From: a bacterium
GTDB lineage: Bacteria > UBA8248
Direction: 5' to 3'
NCBI GenBank assembly: GCA_965219955.1
Contig: OZ244799.1
Span: forward strand, 3,840,001 to 3,904,000
DNA length: 64,000 nt
Shown in pieces: positions 48,190 to 56,830 of this stretch. A model generated the notes under the pieces. It searched no databases. It was not told the origin of the DNA and saw only the letters and a list, made by a program, of their open reading frames with translations. The position numbers were made by a program, and so were the translations under genes. Every line of letters begins with the position of its first letter. The stretch's first letter is position 1.

Positions 48190-49680
48190 ATGAATCTCCT
48201 GGTGGACGGCCTCGTCCAGGCGCTGGCGCTGAAGCCTCTTCTGTTCGCCGTTCTGGGAAGTTTCTTAGGGGTCATCTTCGCGGCCATTCCGGGCCTTACG
48301 GTGAGCATGGGCATCATTCTCCTGCTGCCCTTCACCTTCCACATGGCGAGCGTCACGTCGATGAGCCTTCTGGTGGGCGTTTTCGTCGGCGGGATGACGG
48401 GGGGGAGCATCTCGTCCATTCTCCTCAACATTCCCGGCAACCCCGCCGCCATCGTCACGAGCCTGGACGGACACCCGCTCGCCCGGAAGGGCCGGGCGGG
48501 CGTCGCGCTGGGCGTGGCTTTTTTCTCGAGTTTCCTGGGCGGGCTGTTCAGCCTTGTCTGCCTGGTGACCATCGCCCCCCAACTGGCGGAATTCGCCCTG
48601 AACTTCGGCGCGCCCGAACTGGCGGCGCTGGTCCTGCTAGGGCTTTGCCTCATCTGCGGATTCGCGCAAACCTCGATGAGCAAGGCGCTCATCTCGGGCG
48701 TGCTGGGCCTGAGTTTTTCCACCGTGGGCATGGACCCCATCGACTCGATACCGCGCTTCACGTTTTCGGTCGTGCAGATTCAGCAGGGCGTTTCTTTCCT
48801 GCCGGTGATGATAGGGCTTTTCGCGGTGCCCGAGATCATCTCGGGCATGCGCGGCTCCGCCGTCTCCCTGCCGGATTTCTCGACGCGCCTGCGCGACCTG
48901 CTGCCATCGCCGAAAACCCTGGCCGGCCTCTGGAAGACGCTCGCGCAATCCTCCCTCATCGGGACCACCATCGGACTGTTGCCGGGTACGGGAAGCGCCG
49001 TCGCCGCCGTTCTGAGCTACAACACGGCGCAGCGCCGCTCGCCGGAACCCGAATCGTTCGGGAAGGGGAAGCTTGAGGGCGTGTCCGCGCCCGAGGCCGC
49101 CAACAGCGCCATGACCGGCGGCGCGATGATCCCGATGCTCACGCTGGGCATCCCCGGCGACCCCGTTACCGCCGTCATGCTCGGCGCGCTCACCATCCAG
49201 GGGCTCGCGCCGGGGCCGCTCCTGTTCGAGAGCCACGGCGGTTTCGTGTTCTCGATATTCGGGTCTTTCTTCATCGCGCTGTTCCTGACCATCGTCATCG
49301 CGCTTCTGGGCATCCGCCTGTTCGTCCAGGTGCTGCGCGTGCCGCCCGGGCTGCTCTTCCCGAGCATCGCCGTGTTCTGCGTCATCGGGGCGTTCGCGCT
49401 CCAGAACAGTTTTTTCGACGTTTTCCTGATGATCGGCTTCGGATTGCTCGGCTATTTCATGCAGAAGTTCGACTATCCGATCATGCCCCTGCTCCTGGCG
49501 ATCATCCTGGGTCCGGTGTTCGAGAAAAACGCGAGAATGTCGCTCATCCTCTCGGACGGAGACCCCGGCATTTTCTTTAGAAAGCCCATCAGCCTGGTGT
49601 TCCTGACCCTGGCCTTGCTCTACCTCATCAGCGTTTTCGTGAAGAGGACTTCCCTTTTTCGAAAACCGGATCCCGCCTGA
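48190..49680 (+). CDS. tctA: TTT large membrane subunit
   Basis: AIPGL, LNIPGNP, DGHPL, APEAANSA, TLGIPGD. Confidence 0.92.
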   Translation: MNLLVDGLVQALALKPLLFAVLGSFLGVIFAAIPGLTVSMGIILLLPFTFHMASVTSMSLLVGVFVGGMTGGSISSILLNIPGNPAAIVTSLDGHPLARKGRAGVALGVAFFSSFLGGLFSLVCLVTIAPQLAEFALNFGAPELAALVLLGLCLICGFAQTSMSKALISGVLGLSFSTVGMDPIDSIPRFTFSVVQIQQGVSFLPVMIGLFAVPEIISGMRGSAVSLPDFSTRLRDLLPSPKTLAGLWKTLAQSSLIGTTIGLLPGTGSAVAAVLSYNTAQRRSPEPESFGKGKLEGVSAPEAANSAMTGGAMIPMLTLGIPGDPVTAVMLGALTIQGLAPGPLLFESHGGFVFSIFGSFFIALFLTIVIALLGIRLFVQVLRVPPGLLFPSIAVFCVIGAFALQNSFFDVFLMIGFGLLGYFMQKFDYPIMPLLLAIILGPVFEKNARMSLILSDGDPGIFFRKPISLVFLTLALLYLISVFVKRTSLFRKPDPA

Positions 49681-49756
49681 GCCTCCGTTTTTATTCGGCG
49701 CGCGGCAGCAGGAGTGAAACGGGAAACTTTCCGTCCCGCGAAATGCAGGGGTGCCG

Positions 49757-50938
49757 TCAGGGTTTCCTGCGTTCGTCGAATCTTTCGAGCAGTTCGCCCA
49801 GCGCGTTCAGCGGAACTACTTCGCCGTCCCGGCGGGATTGCCGCTCCGGGCCTCCATAGACGACGGCACCGAGAGCGATTTGCGGCAACGCCTTCGCCAC
49901 CCGGTGAAAGGCATCGAACCAGTCGGAGGCGACCGTCGCGCCGGACTTGGCCTCGATGACGCCCACCCCGTCGCTGCTTTCGTAGAGAAGGTCGCACTCC
50001 AGCCCCCGGACGTCGCGGAAAAAGGACAGATTGGAGCGGCGCCCCCGGTTGAAGCGGTGCTTGAGGGCTTCTACGACGACGGCGTTCTCGAACAGCGCTC
50101 CCCGGAGCGGGTGGGTTCCCAACTGCCCCGCATGCTCGATGCCGATGAGGTGACTCGCCAGCCCGACGTCGTGGAAGTAGAGCTTGGGTGACTTGACCAG
50201 CCGCTTGCGGACGTTTGCGAAAAACGGCGGAAGCTGGAAAACGATGTAGCTCGCTTCCAGAATCGTCAGCCAGTGGCGCGCCGTGGTGTGGGAGACGCCG
50301 GCATCCGCGCCCAGGGACGAGAGATTGGACAACTGTCCTACGCGCCCGGCGCAAAGGCGCACGAACCGGCGGAAGGCGGAGAGGTTGCGGATCTCGCCGA
50401 CCCGGCGCACGTCGCGCTCCACGTAGGTTTCGAAATAATCGCCGAGCGCCTGACAAGGTTCGAGTTTTTGATCGTGAATCCGGGGGTAGAAACCGGAGTA
50501 GAGGACGTCGTCAACCTCCTCGCTCGCGCCCGTCCGCCGCCTTTCGGCAAGCGAGAACGGCAGCAGGCGGAGAAGCCCCGTGCGCCCGGCGAGCGACTGG
50601 CTGATGGCGCCGGAGAGTCGGAACTGCTCGCTGCCCGTCAGAACGAAGAGGCCGTTTCTTCCCATTCCGTCGGCCAATACCTGGAGGTAGGACAGAAGAT
50701 CGGGAACGCGCTGAATCTCATCCAGGATGGCGCCCTCGCCCAGCCGGGAAAGGAAACCCCGGGGGTCGGTCTCGGCAAATTCCCGCAGGTCCGGCGCCTC
50801 GAGGTTGACGTACTCGAGGTGCGGAAAGGCTGCGCGGCAAAGCGTGGTTTTGCCCGACTGTCTCGGGCCGGTCACCGTGACGAACGGGTATTGCTCGAAC
50901 AATGCTTTGAGGTAGGGTGTGATCTCGCGCTCGATCAT
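49757..50938 (-). CDS. AAA_14 ATPase with DUF4143 domain
   Basis: GPRQSGKTT, LDEIQR, LTGS, TYVERDV, KSPKLYFHDVG, ECD..IEAK. Confidence 0.9.
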   Translation of the reverse strand: MIEREITPYLKALFEQYPFVTVTGPRQSGKTTLCRAAFPHLEYVNLEAPDLREFAETDPRGFLSRLGEGAILDEIQRVPDLLSYLQVLADGMGRNGLFVLTGSEQFRLSGAISQSLAGRTGLLRLLPFSLAERRRTGASEEVDDVLYSGFYPRIHDQKLEPCQALGDYFETYVERDVRRVGEIRNLSAFRRFVRLCAGRVGQLSNLSSLGADAGVSHTTARHWLTILEASYIVFQLPPFFANVRKRLVKSPKLYFHDVGLASHLIGIEHAGQLGTHPLRGALFENAVVVEALKHRFNRGRRSNLSFFRDVRGLECDLLYESSDGVGVIEAKSGATVASDWFDAFHRVAKALPQIALGAVVYGGPERQSRRDGEVVPLNALGELLERFDERRKP

Positions 50939-50944
50939 GGGAGC

Positions 50945-50993
50945 AAGGTATCGCGATACGGGACTGTTTGCAAGTATAACTTTCAATTTTGCA
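50945..50993 (-). promoter_or_regulatory. Leaderless-type sigma70 promoter with overlapping inverted repeat
   Basis: TTGCAA-N17-TACCTT-N6-ATG; TGCAA-N15-TTGCA. Confidence 0.55.
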
Positions 50994-51249
50994 CAACAGA
51001 TGTATCGCCTGCATCGATGCCGTATTGTATCCTGCCGTTGGTTCCGGTTTCGTGAAAAAGCCCTCCGGGGGGTGCGCCGGCGGGCGATTGCACGGGCGGG
51101 ACGCACGAGGGTTTCGGGGCCGCTCGCCGGGAATAGAGGATTCGATCGGCCTTGAAGGCTTCTGCGAGAACCAAAAGGAGACCGTAGGGAAGAAAAAACG
51201 GGGCACACGCCGGGGAGTCTTTTTGAAGGAAAAAGGGGAGCGCCAAGCC

Positions 51250-52386
51250 ATGAAGCGAAGCACGGAGAGAATACTCACGACCCACACGGGGAGCCTGCCG
51301 CGTCCCCGGGAGGTGGTCGATTTACTGCTGGCCCAGGAGGAGGGTGCAGCGGATTCAGGTGAGCTCGATGCCGCCGTGGCGCGCGCGATAGAGGACGTCG
51401 TGGAGAAACAGGCGGCGGCGGGCGTCGACGTGATCAACGACGGCGAGCAGGGCCGGCCCGATTACACCTCCCACGTCAAGCACAGGCTGACGGGCTACGA
51501 GGGCCCCAGTTCGCCCCCGCTCGGTACGGGCGAGGAGGGTTTCCCCGAACTGTCCGAAATACTCTCTCAATTCGCCTCGCCCTTACAGAACCGCCCGGCC
51601 TGCTCCGGCCCCGTGGACTGGAAGGACTGGCCCGCCGCCCAGGTCGACATCGAGCGCGCGAAGAGCGTCCTGGGGCGCGCCGACGTGGAAGAGGCGTTCA
51701 TGACCTCCCCCTCGCCGGGGCAGATTTCGCGCTATCTCAGGAACCTCTACTACCCGAGCGAGGAGGAATACATTTTCGCGCTCGCGGACGTGATGCGCCG
51801 CGAATACGAGGCGATTGTGGATGCGGGGCTGCTCCTGCAGCTCGACTGCCCCGACCTGGCGCTGAGCCGCCACACCGTGTTTCGCGATTTGAGCCTCGCG
51901 GATTTCCGCAAGGAAATCGAGATGCACGTCGAAGCCCTGAACCACTCGGTGCGCAACATCGCGCCGGACCGCATGCGCATGCATATCTGCTGGGGCAGCA
52001 CGCTGGGGCCGCACCATGAGGACGTTCCGATCAAGGACATCATCGACATCGTGCTCAAGGGCGCGCCCTGCGCCGTCTCGTTCCCCGGCGCGAACCCCCG
52101 CCACGGCCATGAGTGGAAGGTATGGCGCGAAGTCGATTTGCCCGAGGGCAAGAGCATCATCCCCGGCGTGATCGATTCGACGTCCAACTTCGTGGAGCAT
52201 CCCGAACTGGTGGCGGAGCGCATCGTGAACTACGCCGAGGCGGTGGGGCGCGAGAACGTCATCGCCGGCGTCGATTGCGGCTTCGGCACCTTCGCCGGCC
52301 GGGTGCAGGTGGACCGCCGCATCGTGTGGATGAAGATGGCCGCCCTCGCCGAGGGCGCAGCCCTGGCGTCCGGGCAACTCTGGTAG
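51250..52386 (+). CDS. Cobalamin-independent methionine synthase II / epoxyalkane:CoM transferase-like protein
   Basis: THTGSLPRP, NDGEQ, LQLDCPDL, HICWG, PGVIDS, DCGFGT. Confidence 0.88.
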   Translation: MKRSTERILTTHTGSLPRPREVVDLLLAQEEGAADSGELDAAVARAIEDVVEKQAAAGVDVINDGEQGRPDYTSHVKHRLTGYEGPSSPPLGTGEEGFPELSEILSQFASPLQNRPACSGPVDWKDWPAAQVDIERAKSVLGRADVEEAFMTSPSPGQISRYLRNLYYPSEEEYIFALADVMRREYEAIVDAGLLLQLDCPDLALSRHTVFRDLSLADFRKEIEMHVEALNHSVRNIAPDRMRMHICWGSTLGPHHEDVPIKDIIDIVLKGAPCAVSFPGANPRHGHEWKVWREVDLPEGKSIIPGVIDSTSNFVEHPELVAERIVNYAEAVGRENVIAGVDCGFGTFAGRVQVDRRIVWMKMAALAEGAALASGQLW

Positions 52387-52699
52387 AGCGTAAAGCGTTT
52401 ATTGCGTCCAGACGGGCGCTGTTTCATTGGCCGGGAAAGGTCCATCACTCCTCTTGATTCACGCCTGCGAAGAAAAATAATGTCTCCGCCGCCGAGTCGG
52501 CGGAGAACCACGTTCGTTCTCCGTTCGAGAGCCTTTCGATAGAAAATCCCCTCCAGGAAGACACAATCCCGGAACTGCAATCCATATTGCCCTGACGGCG
52601 CTTTTTCGTTGAAAAAATGTGAAATTTTTCAAAAAATCCTCATTTTTCGTTGACAAATTCTGAAAAAGGTCTAAATATATTATTAAGAACATATGATTT

Positions 52700-52720
52700 T
52701 ATGAGTAATAACAACTCATA
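52700..52720. promoter_or_regulatory. HAIR-like inverted repeat upstream of hsp20
   Basis: TATGAGT-N7-ACTCATA, downstream of TTGACA (52650). Confidence 0.6.
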
Positions 52721-52802
52721 TAATTAGAATTTTCAGCCGCTAAACATGAAAGATGGGGAAAGAAAGTCCCCGAAATCACTTTCACCACAAGGAGGATTCA
52801 CA

Positions 52803-53219
52803 ATGCCCAACCTGATGAGACCTGCTTCGATTCACGACGTATTCAACCGCTTTCTGGAAGATTCCTTCGTCAAGCCTCTCGCCGATGACGGCGAGGAAGG
52901 AATCCTGCCCGTCGACATCGCGCAAACCGATACGGAGGTCGTGGTGCGTGCTTCGCTTCCGGGGTACAGGAAAGAGGATATCGACCTGCGGATCGAGAAG
53001 GGCGTACTCTCCATCAAGGCGACGAAGCAATCGGACAAAGAAGTCGAAGACGAGAAGTTCTATCGCCGCGAACGCTTCATGGGTTCCGTGAGCCGCCGCA
53101 TCGTGCTGCCCGGCATGGTGCGGAACGACGCTTCGAGCGCGGAACTCGTCGACGGCGTCCTCACGCTTCGCGTGCCCATCGCCGAGGCGAACAAGCCGAA
53201 GCAGATTCTGATCCAGTAA
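52803..53219 (+). CDS. Hsp20/alpha-crystallin small heat-shock protein
   Basis: PVDI, LPGY, RRERFMG, DGVLTLRVP; AGGAGG RBS. Confidence 0.93.
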   Translation: MPNLMRPASIHDVFNRFLEDSFVKPLADDGEEGILPVDIAQTDTEVVVRASLPGYRKEDIDLRIEKGVLSIKATKQSDKEVEDEKFYRRERFMGSVSRRIVLPGMVRNDASSAELVDGVLTLRVPIAEANKPKQILIQ

Positions 53220-53233
53220 GCGAACCATCGAAC

Positions 53234-53270
53234 CCGGCCCCCGGCGTTGCGTCGGGGGCCGGAGCGTTTG
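53234..53270 (+). terminator. Hairpin after hsp20
   Basis: CCGGCCCCCGGCG..CGTCGGGGGCCGG. Confidence 0.55.
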
Positions 53271-53388
53271 AACGCTCCCCACTCCCCGTATTTCTAAGAG
53301 TAAACCCTGGATTATCGTCAGGTATCTTGAGAACGCCGGTTCAGCCCGGGTCGCTTTCGGTGAAAGTCGGTTGTTTCCGATTCGATAC

Positions 53389-53676
53389 GGGGCTGTTGAA
53401 GAAGGCCCATGGATCGATTTTAGTTGAGCGCACGCTTTTGAAGTTCACTCCCCCCTTGAGGGGGAGTCGATGAGCTAAGGGCGTAAGCCCGCAAGCGAAT
53501 CGGTGGGGGGTATAATTCGGAATGGCGATAAAACGCATTTTACCCCCCACCGAATCGGCCTTCGCACAAACCACTCGGCCTCTTCGACTCCCCCTCAAGG
53601 GGGGAGTTGATTTGGAGCTCTCTTTGGTGGAGAGAGATCGCCGCAGGTGACGTGCACCGGCTTTTTCAACCGTCCC
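53389..53676. mobile_element. MITE (cargo B) with GATAC target duplication
   Basis: GATAC|GGGGCTGTTGAAGAAG ... CTTTTTCAACCGTCCC|GATAC; cargo 53446-53607 bounded by ACTCCCCCTTGAGGGGGAGT palindromes. Confidence 0.8.
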
Positions 53677-53726
53677 GATACCTCATGAGTGGTACGGTCG
53701 ATGCTACCTGCTCGATGGCGCCGGTT

Positions 53727-55115
53727 TTACGCCCCCGCCGCGGTGAGGCGGATGAGTTTTTCCGCCTTCTCTTGCGCCTCGAGGGCGCGGCAGGTTTCGA
53801 TGATTACCCTGTAGCGCGGCTCAGGTATCGGCAAACCGGGGGCGATGCCGCAGATGCGGTTCGCCAGCTCATCGAAGCTGAAGATGAACTCCCGCCCGGT
53901 GGCCTGTCTGGTGAAGACGCCGCGCTCTTTCGTGTGGATGCTCACCCTGGGGGCGAAAAGCCCCATTTCGCGGGAGGGGATGATGCGCACGCGCTCCATC
54001 ATGTCGTGCACCCCGGGCGGGTCGTTCTCGCCAGGCGGGTCGTTCAAGAGCGGATAGCCGCGCTTCACGACACCGTAGGCCGCATAGTAGTGCGTGCCGC
54101 CCACGCGGGGCGCGCCGTCCTCGCGGCGGTTCGGGAAAGCGGGGCTCGGGTACTGCGTCTCCAGCCAGTTCACGAGCGTCTCCACGCGCTCGACCTCCTC
54201 GATGCGGATGTCGTTCTCCTCGCAGAGGCTCGCCGTCACGTCGATGTGGGCCAGGTTGTAGCCCGAGGTGGAGTAGATGCGGAACAGCGTTTCGAGGAAC
54301 AGCCACTCCTCCCCCAGTCCCTCGGTGATGTTGTCCAGGGTCGTCCTCGCATCGCCCGTGAAGCTGTAGGTGAGTCGGCCCTCGTTGTTTCCCGTGTAGG
54401 CGTGGTAGAAGCCCGCTTCACCCTCGAGCACCGTCTCCCCGCCGGCGTGGCCCCGCTCGGCCAGCGCCGCCGCGAGGAGGGCGTTTCGCACGGCGCCGCC
54501 TTCCCTGAGCGCCTGCCCCCCGCTGCGCGGGCCTTCGAGGTTTCCGCTCGCGAGGCTCGCGCAGAGCGCAACCGCGCTGTTCATCTGATCCTCGCTCAAG
54601 CCCATGATCTTCGCGGCGGCGACGGCGGCCCCGAAAATCCCGAAGACGGGCCCCGCATGAAAACCGCGCGACATCACCGTAGGGATGAAGTCCGACGCGA
54701 GGCGCTCCATGACCTCATAGCCTGTGGCGACGCCCGTCAGGAAATCTCTGCCTGATGCGCCCCGCGACTCCGCAGCAGCGAGGGCGGCGGGCACGATGCT
54801 GGTTCCCGGATGGGTGAGCATACGGAAGGTGTCCCACTTGCCGCCCGCCAGGGCCATCTCGGAATTCGCAAAGGCGGCGCCTCCTGTCGTCGCCCCGGCT
54901 CCGCTCACCATGATGGTCGCGCCGCCTTGGACGCCCGCTTCTTCTTCTGTGATGAGGGCGACGGCCCTGCGCCCGTCTTCGGTTTGAGAACCCAGAAGAG
55001 CGGAGCCGATGGCTTGTAAGGTAACGCCCTTGGCGCGGTCGACGACTTCAGGCGGCAGATCCTCGAAGCGAAGCCCCGCCGCCCACCTTGCGAGCCTGCG
55101 GCTTAAGGACGCCAT
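53727..55115 (-). CDS. MmgE/PrpD family protein
   Basis: LRFEDLPPEVV, AAFANS, THPG, GYEV, RGFH, GEAGFY. Confidence 0.85.
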   Translation of the reverse strand: MASLSRRLARWAAGLRFEDLPPEVVDRAKGVTLQAIGSALLGSQTEDGRRAVALITEEEAGVQGGATIMVSGAGATTGGAAFANSEMALAGGKWDTFRMLTHPGTSIVPAALAAAESRGASGRDFLTGVATGYEVMERLASDFIPTVMSRGFHAGPVFGIFGAAVAAAKIMGLSEDQMNSAVALCASLASGNLEGPRSGGQALREGGAVRNALLAAALAERGHAGGETVLEGEAGFYHAYTGNNEGRLTYSFTGDARTTLDNITEGLGEEWLFLETLFRIYSTSGYNLAHIDVTASLCEENDIRIEEVERVETLVNWLETQYPSPAFPNRREDGAPRVGGTHYYAAYGVVKRGYPLLNDPPGENDPPGVHDMMERVRIIPSREMGLFAPRVSIHTKERGVFTRQATGREFIFSFDELANRICGIAPGLPIPEPRYRVIIETCRALEAQEKAEKLIRLTAAGA

Positions 55116-55220
55116 GTCGGGGGCCTCCGTGGTGGTGCGGGGCGCATCCCGTGAATGAGTGCTCGCCCGGCCTGCGAGGGGTTGATGGGGGGAATTCTGG
55201 TCATGAAATGGCGGATCCTC

Positions 55221-55258
55221 GAAACATGGGTGAAACAAAACAGAAACGACAATTTAAC
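55221..55258 (+). promoter_or_regulatory. GlnR-box-like 11-bp direct repeats upstream of urtA
   Basis: GAAAC-N6-GAAAC-N6-GAAAC-N6-TTAAC. Confidence 0.55.
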
Positions 55259-55389
55259 CGAACCGCAAGAATCCCGTAAAGAAACCCCTCTATATTTCCA
55301 TCCTGTCATCGAAGATTTCCTGTGTTCATTTTGTTTTCAGGCCGGACGAGGCGGCCGCTTTGCAGAGATAAGAAGGGGAGATTGAAAGA

Positions 55390-56718
55390 ATGAAGAGCAA
55401 GAAAAAGTCGATCGGAGCAGAAAAGCTGTCCCGCAGGAGGTTCCTGAAGAAGGCGGGAGTGATGGGGCTCGGCGCGGCGGCCATGAGTACGCTTCCGTTC
55501 CCGAACGTGATTCGGGCGGCCGAGCCCGTCAAGATCGGGGTTCTGCACTCTCTGAGCGGAACCATGGCGATCAGCGAGGTTTCGCTGCGCGACGTGGTCC
55601 TGATGGCCGTGGAGGAGATCAACGCGGCGGGCGGCGTGATGAAGCGCCCCATCAAGCCCGTGGTCGTCGACCCGGCGTCTGACGGGGATTTGTTCGCCGA
55701 GAAGGCGAAGCAGCTTCTCCTGAAAGACAAGGTGGACGTGACCTTCGGCTGCTGGACGTCGGTGAGCCGCAAATCCGTCCTTCCCGTGTACGAGAAGAAC
55801 AACGGCCTTCTCTTCTATCCGGTGCAGTACGAGGGCGAGGAGTGCTCGAAGAACGTCTTCTACACGGGCGCGACGCCGAACCAGCAGTTGATTCCGGCGG
55901 CGGACTACATGATGAGCGAGGACGGCGGCGGGTTCAAGAAGTTCTACCTGCTCGGCACCGACTACGTGTTCCCGCGCACGGCGAACAAGATCCTCCGGGC
56001 CTTCCTGCTGGCGAAAGGCGTGCCGGCTGCGAACATCATGGAAGAGTACACGCCCTTCCACCACCAGGATTACCAGACCATCGTCGGCAAGGTGAAATCG
56101 TTCGCCTCGGGCGGCGACGCCGCCGTGCTCAGCACCATCAACGGCGACAGCAACGTGCCCTTCTACAAGGAGTTCGCGAACCAGGGCCTGCGCTCCGAAG
56201 ACGTGCCCATCATGGCGTTCAGCGTGGCGGAAGACGAGCTTCGCGGCATGGATTCGAAATCGCTCGTCGGGCACCTGGCGGCCTGGAACTACTACCAGTC
56301 GATCGACACGCCGCAGAACAAGAAGTTCGTCAAGAACTTCAAGACCTACTGCAAGAAAAAGGGCCTGCCGGGCGGCGCGAGCCGCGTGACGGACGACCCC
56401 ATTGAGGCGGCCTATCTCGGCGTCTACATCTGGAAGCAGGCGGTGGAGAAAGCGGGCACCACGAAGGTGGACGCCGTCCGCAAGGCGGCTTACGGGATGG
56501 GCTTCGAGGCGCCGGGCGGATTCAAGAAGATCGACGAGAAGAACCACCACCTGCACAAGCCCGTGCTCATCGGCGAAATCCTCAAGAACGGGCAATTCGA
56601 AATCGTCTCGCAGACGAAGGGCCTCGTGGCGCCCGAACCCTGGAGCAAGTACACGAGTCCGGACAAGAGCTGTGACTGGGTAAATCACCAGGGAACATAC
56701 AAGAAGACGACGACCTAG
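55390..56718 (+). CDS. urtA: Urea ABC substrate-binding protein (Tat signal)
   Basis: SRRRFLK; VLHSLSGTMAISE, FGCWTSVSRK, YPVQYEG, NGDSN, AWNYYQS. Confidence 0.95.
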   Translation: MKSKKKSIGAEKLSRRRFLKKAGVMGLGAAAMSTLPFPNVIRAAEPVKIGVLHSLSGTMAISEVSLRDVVLMAVEEINAAGGVMKRPIKPVVVDPASDGDLFAEKAKQLLLKDKVDVTFGCWTSVSRKSVLPVYEKNNGLLFYPVQYEGEECSKNVFYTGATPNQQLIPAADYMMSEDGGGFKKFYLLGTDYVFPRTANKILRAFLLAKGVPAANIMEEYTPFHHQDYQTIVGKVKSFASGGDAAVLSTINGDSNVPFYKEFANQGLRSEDVPIMAFSVAEDELRGMDSKSLVGHLAAWNYYQSIDTPQNKKFVKNFKTYCKKKGLPGGASRVTDDPIEAAYLGVYIWKQAVEKAGTTKVDAVRKAAYGMGFEAPGGFKKIDEKNHHLHKPVLIGEILKNGQFEIVSQTKGLVAPEPWSKYTSPDKSCDWVNHQGTYKKTTT

Positions 56719-56734
56719 TCGCAAGAACCGCCCG

Positions 56735-56758
56735 GGGGGAGCCGGCTTCGGCTCCCCC
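56735..56758 (+). terminator. Hairpin after urtA
   Basis: GGGGGAGCCG GCTT CGGCTCCCCC. Confidence 0.5.
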
Positions 56759-56830
56759 ATGGGCGGCCCAAATGAAAAACATGTGAATCGCAAATACCGG
56801 CGATGTGCCAAATACGGCGAAGGAGGGGGT

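Noticed and set aside
55340-55375. CCGGACGAGG upstream of urtA resembling a guanidine-II/III riboswitch
   Set aside because: No second ACGR hairpin and no pairing partners for the guanidine-III pseudoknot.
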